Source of the DNA: a virus
Virus record (IMG/VR): IMGVR_UViG_3300020404_001578
Span: 79,639-143,638 of that record
Reading direction: 5' to 3' (one strand)
DNA length: 64,000 nt
The notes below the pieces were generated by a model. That model worked only from the letters and a program-made list of their open reading frames with translations. It made no database searches and had not been told where the DNA came from. Positions 1-7,420 of the stretch are shown here, in pieces. Numbering within the stretch: position 1 is the first letter of the stretch; each line of letters begins with the position of its first letter. The translations under genes were made by a program, and so were the position numbers.

Positions 1-704
1 GCAGATACGTCACGGGTGAATGTTGGTTTACCTGCTAATCCTTCGTATGGATGGTCTGAACCTAACTCAATTGCGTCATTCATAATTGCAGACTCATTAA
101 ATACGCTGTTAGAAGCATAGCCACTTACTCCTACAGGTTTTGTCATTGCTCTAGCAATTTGGCTTAGTGATAGTGACTTGAAAGCAGGGTGGCTGAATGT
201 TCCTCCTGCCATATGCGAAGGCACTGCCGGTGTTGGTAGATTACCTGCACTAGTATAGTCTAGACCCATACCAAATACTGTGGTACTTGGTTTGATACTG
301 TTTCTAATAACTAAACGAATTCTTTTGTTGTAGTCTTCTGGTTGGTCTGGTTTGTATTCCATTGTATACCCTTTAGACGAACTTTGTCCGTCTAATACTT
401 TGAATGAGCGATTGGTGTTGTCTGAATTACCATTGTAGATAATTTCTGCAGCACATTGGCCATTAGGGTCTTTATTGCGGTATTCATCAATCTGTAGTAA
501 GACCTGAACATATGGGTTGTCAGTTGTTACTTTGACTGATTGAAGTGAACCTGCTTCTAACTCATCAAGTACGATGTATTCGTCTTGAGAGTTAATCTCA
601 AGGTTCTTCTGTTCAATTAGAATGAACCGCTCGTCCCTACGGGTCTTGCTATACGCCTTAGTATCAGGTATTGTTCCTACTACTTGGGTTGTATCGTCTG
701 CCAT
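1..704 (-). CDS. Putative virion structural protein (partial, runs off window edge)
   Basis: Not in the ORF track. ATG at 704 with a GGTGA RBS; reads MADDTTQVVGTIPDTKAYSK... and stays open to position 1; co-oriented with the capsid-like cluster. Confidence 0.6.
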   Translation of the reverse strand, partial: MADDTTQVVGTIPDTKAYSKTRRDERFILIEQKNLEINSQDEYIVLDELEAGSLQSVKVTTDNPYVQVLLQIDEYRNKDPNGQCAAEIIYNGNSDNTNRSFKVLDGQSSSKGYTMEYKPDQPEDYNKRIRLVIRNSIKPSTTVFGMGLDYTSAGNLPTPAVPSHMAGGTFSHPAFKSLSLSQIARAMTKPVGVSGYASNSVFNESAIMNDAIELGSDHPYEGLAGKPTFTRDVS

Positions 705-724
705 TCACCTTCACCACCTTACAA

Positions 725-1723
725 TCACTGAGGGAAGTATTCACTCAGCATTGTACCGGCGGTTGGGAGCCCTGCAGGGTTGATTACCTTGAAAGTCAAA
801 CGACCGCCACTACGCTCACGGATTGTACGAAGTTGTCCCATGGTCAATTCCACGATACGGTACTTCCATCCTTGTAGGCGCATACGTCCATCAAGGATGT
901 ATTCTTCGCTATCGTTTACCATACGGAAAGCAGGGAGGTTGTTCTCTCCATGCTCTATCCATACCGAGTAAGACCAGTCTGGGTCTTCTACTGGGCTGAT
1001 TTGTCCGTCAATAAAGCCAGACAACCCTAGTATGTTACCGCTAGTAGTACTGCCAGATTCACCCTCAGGTGATTCATCAAGTACGTATTTGGGTACACCG
1101 GCAGGGTGTTTGAGGTAAATTTTTGTTGATACTGTACCGATTGGGTCTACGCCTGCAGCAGGTCCGGAAGAACTTCCTCCACCTGTTGTTATTGCGCCGG
1201 GGAATCCTACTGGGATACCTGCGGTGACTGATGCACTTGGTAGAACACCGTCACGGCTCAATGCGTTTCCTTCTTGCGAAATATATTTCGGCTGACATGG
1301 TAGTGAAGGACATAGGTGATACAAATGACCCTTGAAAGGTTCTAGGTCTTTGAATACTGTATATCCACTATCATAGTCTGGTGAAATAACTGTGGTTCGG
1401 ACTGGGTTGCCAGAGGTGTCTGTTCCGATTCCTAGAAGTGCATTCATGGTGTGTTCACCATATGCTGCCAGTTTATCGGATTCGTCGTTTGCTGCATTAT
1501 TTAGTCCTAATCCTACACCATCGCCAGTTACTGTGATAGAGTCATTGAAGTAAAGGTCTACGCTTAGACCTTCTACTGCCTCTACCAAAGCAAATCGGTC
1601 ACGAATCTTAATGATGTAACCGGGCTTTAGTACAATGTCGTTCCAATCATTGCCGGCGAAGCCTTCGCCTGCAATCCTACCGAATAGGTTTCCTGCTCTT
1701 GTTCCTTGATTTATGTTTGCCAT
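725..1723 (-). CDS. Putative jelly-roll capsid protein (candidate large MCP)
   Basis: 332 aa with an alternating beta-strand pattern; lies in the structural operon near the packaging ATPase. Fold is inferred. Confidence 0.4.
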   Translation of the reverse strand: MANINQGTRAGNLFGRIAGEGFAGNDWNDIVLKPGYIIKIRDRFALVEAVEGLSVDLYFNDSITVTGDGVGLGLNNAANDESDKLAAYGEHTMNALLGIGTDTSGNPVRTTVISPDYDSGYTVFKDLEPFKGHLYHLCPSLPCQPKYISQEGNALSRDGVLPSASVTAGIPVGFPGAITTGGGSSSGPAAGVDPIGTVSTKIYLKHPAGVPKYVLDESPEGESGSTTSGNILGLSGFIDGQISPVEDPDWSYSVWIEHGENNLPAFRMVNDSEEYILDGRMRLQGWKYRIVELTMGQLRTIRERSGGRLTFKVINPAGLPTAGTMLSEYFPQ

Positions 1724-1806
1724 ATCTTTGTCACTCCTTTTTCTTTCTGTCGGGGACGTTCTGTCGCAGGTAGTGGTCAGTATTAACTATACCTATCCTC
1801 TATTTG

Positions 1807-1850
1807 ATGGGGGCGACAGACAAGGCTTCCGCTATGCCTATCGCCCCCAT
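1807..1850 (-). terminator. GC-rich 3' stem-loop (terminator or mRNA stabiliser)
   Basis: ATGGGGGCGA (1807-1816) and TCGCCCCCAT (1841-1850) form a perfect 10-bp inverted repeat downstream of 1887..2801. Confidence 0.55.
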
Positions 1851-1886
1851 AGAGGGGGAAGTGCCTACTAACCGCTACTGCTAGGC

Positions 1887-2801
1887 TCAGAGAACCTTTG
1901 CAATACAGACTGTGCTTACTGCGCCCATGGCTGCACCAAGGGTGCCTCCATCTTCATCAACAGAAACAATCATTGTTTCGTAGTTCCATACTCCAGTACC
2001 ACCTGCTTGGCCTAGGCCATTGTTTGCATGAAGTGCAGTGTTAGAAGCAATGGTTGCTTCGCTTGGGTCTACTGCAGTTAATCCTTGGATAAGGTTGTCC
2101 ACAGGTGCTTTTAGGTTCAACAATCCGACTTGAGCCTCAGGTACCCCTGCGGTTCCAATGTCTGCTGTAGAATCTACTGCACTAAGACAAGTAGCCAATG
2201 CTGCGCTGTAAACACCTTCTGATGAACCTCCACCTAGAGTGATTTCACCAATCAATGCTGCGTCAGTACTGGCACCAGAAGCCTCTGTACCGAGTGGAGT
2301 CTCTTGACCTACGTTGAATGCCGAAGCAGTACCACTGTTTGCTACAGTTGCGCCCATGATAACTGCACCGACGTTCAAGACTGCGTCAAGAACAAGGTTA
2401 CCGCCAACATGGGTTTCGCCTGCAGTGTCTGAAACTTGTGTGTTCAATGCAGTTGTTCCGAGAAGTGCTTCACCAGTGTAAGAACCAGTGATTGGTACTT
2501 GTCGGTAATCACGAACCAATGGTCCGTTTGCTACGAGTGTAGAGTCAGCAGTGCCGTTACCAGTTGTATCTACTTGGAAATCGCCTGCAACACCCAAGGT
2601 GTGAGTGTTTGCAGCACTAATTGCAACCAGATAGTCTGGTTTGAGGATAGTGTGTCCAAGTCCTTGTTGTAGTGCATCAAAGACAGCGTTACCTTGTGCT
2701 TTGGTCATTGCGCTGTCTTTTGTTAGTGCTACGAAGGTGTTGTTACGTACAATCTGGTGTCGGGCTCCGTATGAAACATCAAGTCCGCCAATATTTGCCA
2801 T
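1887..2801 (-). CDS. Gly/Ala/Thr-rich virion protein (spike or decoration candidate)
   Basis: 304 aa of low charge, G/A/T/V-rich; sits between the two capsid-like genes. Confidence 0.5.
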   Translation of the reverse strand: MANIGGLDVSYGARHQIVRNNTFVALTKDSAMTKAQGNAVFDALQQGLGHTILKPDYLVAISAANTHTLGVAGDFQVDTTGNGTADSTLVANGPLVRDYRQVPITGSYTGEALLGTTALNTQVSDTAGETHVGGNLVLDAVLNVGAVIMGATVANSGTASAFNVGQETPLGTEASGASTDAALIGEITLGGGSSEGVYSAALATCLSAVDSTADIGTAGVPEAQVGLLNLKAPVDNLIQGLTAVDPSEATIASNTALHANNGLGQAGGTGVWNYETMIVSVDEDGGTLGAAMGAVSTVCIAKVL

Positions 2802-2839
2802 ACTTAATCATCTCCTATACTGATAAGCCCCTAAGGGTA

Positions 2840-3454
2840 TCAGGACAACTCCCCGATACTCTGTCTTTGCTGAATCAATTCATGGTGTTGCCCGACTACG
2901 CTACCGATGATACGCCACTTTTCTGCGCCGCTAACGGTACCGTTACCGAATGATGCTGCACCACCGACTACACGGTGAGAGCAGACTACGGTCTTCTCTG
3001 GCTCAATGACTATTGGTTCTTCATACCATACGAATGGTTCTTCCAATACTTCAAAGATTTGTTGGTCAATTACTGGTGTTTCAATACCGCTAATTCTCCA
3101 CTGATGCTCTGTGATAAGTAGAGGCGTTACTGGATATTGAATTCCCATCAAGAGGTAATAGAATTCCTCTAGGGTCTTGAAGTCCAGTGTACGTTGTGAC
3201 CATCCGAAAGTGTCTACGGTAGTACTGTTAGGGTTACCGCTACTTCCACTGGATGGTATCAACCACTGTCCGTATGTGCCTAGAATACTGAATTGGTCTG
3301 CACGTAGTACACCTTTTCCGTATTCGCCTTTTGGCCATACGCCTTTGTTCTCATATCCCCAATGAGGATAGTTTGCTTTAATCTTGGTATCAATACGGGC
3401 AAGGTAGTCCGCAAGGATAGCCGTTGGTCTGTCGTAATATGGTCTTAATTCCAT
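2840..3454 (-). CDS. Putative single jelly-roll major capsid protein
   Basis: Likely start is ATG 3454 (MELRPYY; AGGAGA RBS). About 204 aa, beta-rich (LLMGIQY, WRISGIETPVID, EEPIVIEPEKTV, WRIIGSVVG); first gene of the structural operon. Fold is inferred. Confidence 0.5.
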   Translation of the reverse strand: MELRPYYDRPTAILADYLARIDTKIKANYPHWGYENKGVWPKGEYGKGVLRADQFSILGTYGQWLIPSSGSSGNPNSTTVDTFGWSQRTLDFKTLEEFYYLLMGIQYPVTPLLITEHQWRISGIETPVIDQQIFEVLEEPFVWYEEPIVIEPEKTVVCSHRVVGGAASFGNGTVSGAEKWRIIGSVVGQHHELIQQRQSIGELS

Positions 3455-3530
3455 GTTTATTTCTCCTGTTTGTTTTTTCTTCGCCGGTACTGTTTCGGTT
3501 CCCGACTTATTCTTCCCCAATAATCACTAG

Positions 3531-3594
3531 TATATCAAGTACCGCATTCATTTGTCTTACTTTGTCATACATACGTATACTTATGTCATACATA
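3531..3594. promoter_or_regulatory. Divergent promoter with phased TGTC(A/T)TAC operator-like repeats
   Basis: ACTTGATATA on the - strand (3531-3540); TGTCTTAC at 3553, TGTCATAC at 3563 and 3584, about 10 bp apart, next to an RHH gene. Confidence 0.5.
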
Positions 3595-3643
3595 TTGGCT
3601 GTTTCCGCTAAACTTCATAACCGAGTTGAAATGTGGATAGTTC

Positions 3644-3850
3644 ATGGGGGACAAGCCAAAGAAGGTTCCAGTAACCATTAGGTTTGACCCAGAACTGTTA
3701 TTGTTGTTACGTGAAGAAGCCGATAAACGGGGTGAATCCCTTAGTAACTATATTCGTAGTAGTAGTGTAATGAGATTAACTGGTGAGTTAGTCCCTGTTA
3801 GTAAAGACTCTAGTAAAGAGGCTTATCTTAGGTCTAAGGGATATAGGTGA
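3644..3850 (+). CDS. Ribbon-helix-helix (CopG-like) DNA-binding protein
   Basis: VPVTIRFDPELLLLLREEADKRGESLSNYIR is a classic RHH pattern. Confidence 0.85.
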   Translation: MGDKPKKVPVTIRFDPELLLLLREEADKRGESLSNYIRSSSVMRLTGELVPVSKDSSKEAYLRSKGYR

Positions 3851-4080
3851 AATATTCATTGGCTATGCCAGAGGAATACCATTTACCAATGAATATTTCA
3901 CAAAACATAGGTTTTCTTAAATACAAGTTTGTCTTACGACTAACTGGTATGGAACCTACCTTAGAACGTACTACGGTGTGTAGTTGCGGAAGTACCGAGT
4001 TTATTGAAATCAGCGATACTGGTTCAATAAAGATAGCCTTCTGCATACACTGCGGAGTACAGACTGTTTACTTTGGATGA
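3847..4080 (+). CDS. Small Zn-ribbon protein
   Basis: CSCG...CIHCG; overlaps the stop codon of the RHH gene. Confidence 0.55.
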   Translation: MKYSLAMPEEYHLPMNISQNIGFLKYKFVLRLTGMEPTLERTTVCSCGSTEFIEISDTGSIKIAFCIHCGVQTVYFG

Positions 4081-4183
4081 GTTAGTTAGATTGTTTTACC
4101 AGTCTAACTAATCAAACAGGCGTAGCCTTCGCTCCCTAATCAGTGCAACTACACTAGTACCTACAATGCTTACGGCCCAGATA

Positions 4184-4211
4184 GAGGGGCGATGCCTAAG
4201 CACCGCCCCTC
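4184..4211 (-). terminator. GC-rich 3' stem-loop
   Basis: On the - strand GAGGGGCGGTGC-TTAG-GCATCGCCCCTC gives a 12-bp stem with one G-U pair, downstream of 4244..5305. Confidence 0.55.
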
Positions 4212-4243
4212 ATAGGGACACTACCAGAGGTTCGCTTCTACAA

Positions 4244-5305
4244 TCAGTAGAAGTTCATCTCACGGCTGCCACCGAACATTGCGTTCATGTTGGCATCACC
4301 ATGGTATGTACCGTAGGTCATTGCTGCTCCAAAGGAGCCACCTTCTAGTGGGTCGTCCATCATGTCACCATGCATGGCATTGTGTGCGCCAAGGTAGCCG
4401 ATTGGGGCATATCCTAGGCCAAGTGCGCCACGGACTCTGTCAAAGACTCCCTTATCGTTTGCAAGTTTGAATACTTGGAAAGCGATACCACCGAGGGCGA
4501 TAGCACTTGCAGTACCCATGTTAGCAAGTTTCATGGAGTATAGACCGAATCCGACTAGGCTTGCAACAGCAGCACCGGAAAGGTACGGGGTGTAGGTTCC
4601 GCTAGTCATCCAAGATGCGTTCAGACCAAGTTTAGCAAGTCCGGATTGGACAAGGCTTGGTAGGTAAGCACCTGCAGCCATACCACCAACAGTAGCGAGG
4701 ATAGCCTCAAATGCTGTCATGTGGTTCTTGACCCAGTTGAATGCGTTGCCTAGGCTCATCTTGCGTCCACGGCCAGATGCTTTGCGGCTGCGAGTGGTGC
4801 GGCGGCGGCGTGTGGTACGTGGTCTGCGGGATGCGCTACGGCGGCGGACTGTACGGCGACGGCGAGCAGGGCTGCGTCGGCGGCGAGTTGTTTTACGGCG
4901 ACGTGCAGGGCTGCGGCGTCTGCGTGTGGTCTTGCGACGACGTGCAGGGCTGCGGCGACGGCGAGTAGTCTTCCTGCGGCGTGCAGGTGACTTGCGTCGG
5001 CGTGTCGTCTTGCGACGACGGGTTGTCTTACGACGAGCAGGCGACTTGCGTCGGCGTGTCGTCTTGCGTCGGCGGACAGTGCGTCTGCGAGCAGGGCTCT
5101 TACGACGCTTGGTTGTCTTACGACGACGTGTGGTCTTGCGTCGTGCAGGTGATTTGCGACGACGGGTTGTTGTCTTTCTTCTAGTTGTTCTTCTTCGTGC
5201 CATTGTATTACCTCTGGTTGATTTTTTGGACTTTGCTTTGGTTCTACGTCGGGACGCCTTCTTTTTACGAGGTGGGTTCACTAGCATAACTTCTGCAAGG
5301 GCCAT
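4244..5305 (-). CDS. Protamine-like Arg-rich DNA-condensing core protein with C-terminal membrane helices
   Basis: Tandem RR(R/K)SPARR(R)KTT repeats followed by 2-3 hydrophobic helices. Likely start is ATG 5305, with a TTTTATAT box about 25 nt upstream. Confidence 0.75.
   Translation of the reverse strand: MALAEVMLVNPPRKKKASRRRTKAKSKKSTRGNTMARRRTTRRKTTTRRRKSPARRKTTRRRKTTKRRKSPARRRTVRRRKTTRRRKSPARRKTTRRRKTTRRRKSPARRRKTTRRRRSPARRRKTTRRRRSPARRRKTTRRRRSPARRRRTVRRRSASRRPRTTRRRRTTRSRKASGRGRKMSLGNAFNWVKNHMTAFEAILATVGGMAAGAYLPSLVQSGLAKLGLNASWMTSGTYTPYLSGAAVASLVGFGLYSMKLANMGTASAIALGGIAFQVFKLANDKGVFDRVRGALGLGYAPIGYLGAHNAMHGDMMDDPLEGGSFGAAMTYGTYHGDANMNAMFGGSREMNFY
4790..5200 (-). repeat. Coding tandem repeat of SPARR/KTTRRR units
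   Basis: Seven SPARR units in the translation; high-GC repeated DNA. Confidence 0.85.
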
Positions 5306-5327
5306 GGTCTTCCGACTACCCACTTAG

Positions 5328-5370
5328 ATATAAAAGGTCATACTTTAGTATGCTATAGTATACGATACTT
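5328..5370. promoter_or_regulatory. Divergent promoter with GTCATAC/GTATAC operator-like sites
   Basis: TTTTATAT on the - strand (5328-5335); GTCATAC at 5337, then GTATGC and GTATAC; adjacent to the second RHH gene. Confidence 0.45.
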
Positions 5371-5410
5371 ACAAGTTATTATTAGCAAGAACCCTATTAA
5401 CGAGGATGTT

Positions 5411-5656
5411 GTGGGAATATCAATGTCCCGGCGACGACATGAGCAAGATAAGTCTAAGAAAGTCGCTATTTCAGTTACGTTAGACAAAGAACTGTTTGAC
5501 TTTATTGAGCATGGGATACGTATGCGGTGGTGGCTAAACCGTAGTCAAGCAATCAATATGATGGGATTTGCTTTCATACGAAGTCAGCAAAGTATGCAGC
5601 AAGGGTCACAGCCAACTTCTCATATTCCTCCGAACTTTGGTCGTTTACCTCCATAA
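5411..5656 (+). CDS. Ribbon-helix-helix DNA-binding protein
   Basis: KVAISVTLDKELFDFIE...NRSQAIN. Confidence 0.8.
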   Translation: MGISMSRRRHEQDKSKKVAISVTLDKELFDFIEHGIRMRWWLNRSQAINMMGFAFIRSQQSMQQGSQPTSHIPPNFGRLPP

Positions 5657-6155
5657 GTATGGAAGGAACATCAAACAGTACTGATGCAGTAGTAGTAAGG
5701 AATGCTCCTTCTACACTACTATCAAAGATACCAATATCAAAATCCTTCTCAACTTTCTCTACTAGATTCCTTAGTACTATGGGGTGAGTTACTGAATCTA
5801 TTTCTAGAAATACTGCGGTATGTACTGACCATGCTCTCAAATCATCTCCCATACTAGTTAGTGCATCTTCTTCTGATGCATCTTCTTCTACGAATGGAAA
5901 TGAATGTACATCTAAATGAAATGCTGCCGTATCTAGCAACTCGCAAAAGTCCATGTAATATTCACCACCATAGGACTCTTTTCTGTTAAGGTCTACAAGT
6001 TCTCTATGGGAATCACCTAGTAATACTTCATAATTGATATTTCTATTACGCATAGCCTGTTCTAAGTATGGCAAGAAACTTACTGCTCCTATGTCATAGT
6101 TAGTTGAATTGTTTGACTTTCCATGAGGCACAGTAATGAGTATCAAATGTCCCAC
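5574..6155 (-). CDS. N-formylglutamate amidohydrolase-like Zn hydrolase
   Basis: LITVPHG...DLNR...HLDVHSF...ILMEV motif order. Confidence 0.6.
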   Translation of the reverse strand: MGHLILITVPHGKSNNSTNYDIGAVSFLPYLEQAMRNRNINYEVLLGDSHRELVDLNRKESYGGEYYMDFCELLDTAAFHLDVHSFPFVEEDASEEDALTSMGDDLRAWSVHTAVFLEIDSVTHPIVLRNLVEKVEKDFDIGIFDSSVEGAFLTTTASVLFDVPSILMEVNDQSSEEYEKLAVTLAAYFADFV

Positions 6156-6928
6156 CTCTTTAATCCGAAGTGTTCTACTGTTTTGAGGCTACTGATTGGT
6201 TTGGGATTACCCTTTCTTGTTTTGGTTGTTGTTGGTTTGCTAATGGTGGAAGAGTTGGATGATGTGGATATGGGTTCTCGTATGCGCCATTTGCCGTTAC
6301 CTGTCGTATAGTAAAACCAGTACTTATTGTCTGAATCTAAAAAGAACTCCCTCTTGTCTATGTAGTGGTCTAAGTTTCTAGTCTTGAGGTATTCTGGCCT
6401 ATCGTCTGTCTTGAAGATAATCTTGTTTTCAGATTGACTCCAACAGGTTTCATTGAGAAGTTGGATTCTTTGAGTGATTGCGATTCCTACTACGCCTATA
6501 CCTGCACCAACAGTCCAGATTGTTTCTACGCCATCGTTAGTACCCTTCTTGACCATGAGTTGAATCTCATCAATTGCTACTACACGTTTGATGCGTTTGA
6601 AGCCGTCCTTGTTAGACATAGTAAACAGAAACTCTGTAATCCTGTTCAATTCGTTTACCCTGTCCTCTTTCTTTGGACTAGGTCTGTATACTATAGCAGG
6701 ATTCTTTTTGAGAAGTTGATGGTAAAATTGTAGTGGTGTATTACAGATAGTACCTAACGACGCATAATCGTCGTCATGCTTCGGGTCAAAAAATATAGTG
6801 TGATAATTTTGGTCTTGTAGTTGTTGTAGTACGTGCTTGGTGAAGAATGTCTTACCAGACCTAGTCATTCCCACAATAACAGAATGACGCTTTCCCATGT
6901 TGTCTAAGAATGTACCACTTAGTTTCAT
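6143..6928 (-). CDS. FtsK/HerA-superfamily (A32/P9-like) genome packaging ATPase
   Basis: Walker A GMTRSGKT, FFDPK, Walker B VAIDEIQ and ITQR; 261-aa stand-alone protein beside the capsid genes. Confidence 0.8.
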   Translation of the reverse strand: MKLSGTFLDNMGKRHSVIVGMTRSGKTFFTKHVLQQLQDQNYHTIFFDPKHDDDYASLGTICNTPLQFYHQLLKKNPAIVYRPSPKKEDRVNELNRITEFLFTMSNKDGFKRIKRVVAIDEIQLMVKKGTNDGVETIWTVGAGIGVVGIAITQRIQLLNETCWSQSENKIIFKTDDRPEYLKTRNLDHYIDKREFFLDSDNKYWFYYTTGNGKWRIREPISTSSNSSTISKPTTTKTRKGNPKPISSLKTVEHFGLKRWDI

Positions 6929-7416
6929 CAGCCCATCAACCCGTACGCTATCAGCCCGAGTGCTAACATCCCCGGTAATGCACGGTTTCTTTCGGCTGGA
7001 ACAAGTACCTTTTCATAATACTCTCTGAAATTCTCTTCAAACTTATCTCCTATGTCATCTGGGTCCCTGATACGCAGTGAGTCAATCGGGTTCATCAAAT
7101 GGGGGATGCCGTCTGGAACATGGCCGTGTCCTAGGATGTGTCCATACTCATGCGCCAGAAGCGAGTAATCTGTTTCAGCACCCTTGATAACGTAGATTTC
7201 CTTGGCCTTTTCAATTGCAAGACCTCTTGGGTAGTATCCAATCTTGGTGTGTTCGTAAATCCATTTGAAACTGGGTTGCATATACCATTCGCTAATGTTA
7301 TGCTTCTTGTGTATGTATTCTATGTGCGCTTTCCAAACGCTAGGCTCTACAGTGTATATTCTAGTACCATCTTTACCTGTTACTAGATGTTTTGATTGTC
7401 TAGGTCGTAAGTCCAT
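6928..7416 (-). CDS. Metzincin (matrixin-like) metalloprotease with C-terminal membrane anchor
   Basis: HEYGHILGHGH (HExxHxxGxxH), Met-turn LMNP and a hydrophobic C-terminus. Confidence 0.8.
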   Translation of the reverse strand: MDLRPRQSKHLVTGKDGTRIYTVEPSVWKAHIEYIHKKHNISEWYMQPSFKWIYEHTKIGYYPRGLAIEKAKEIYVIKGAETDYSLLAHEYGHILGHGHVPDGIPHLMNPIDSLRIRDPDDIGDKFEENFREYYEKVLVPAERNRALPGMLALGLIAYGLMG

Positions 7417-7420
7417 GTTA

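Noticed and set aside
2840-3454. MELRPY as the Q-motif of an SF2 helicase
   Set aside because: No Walker A or DExH motifs follow in either ORF that begins with it.
4719-5327. Plus-strand Arg/Val/Leu-rich 202-aa ORF and neighbouring short ORFs
   Set aside because: Antisense shadows of the protamine-like repeat gene.
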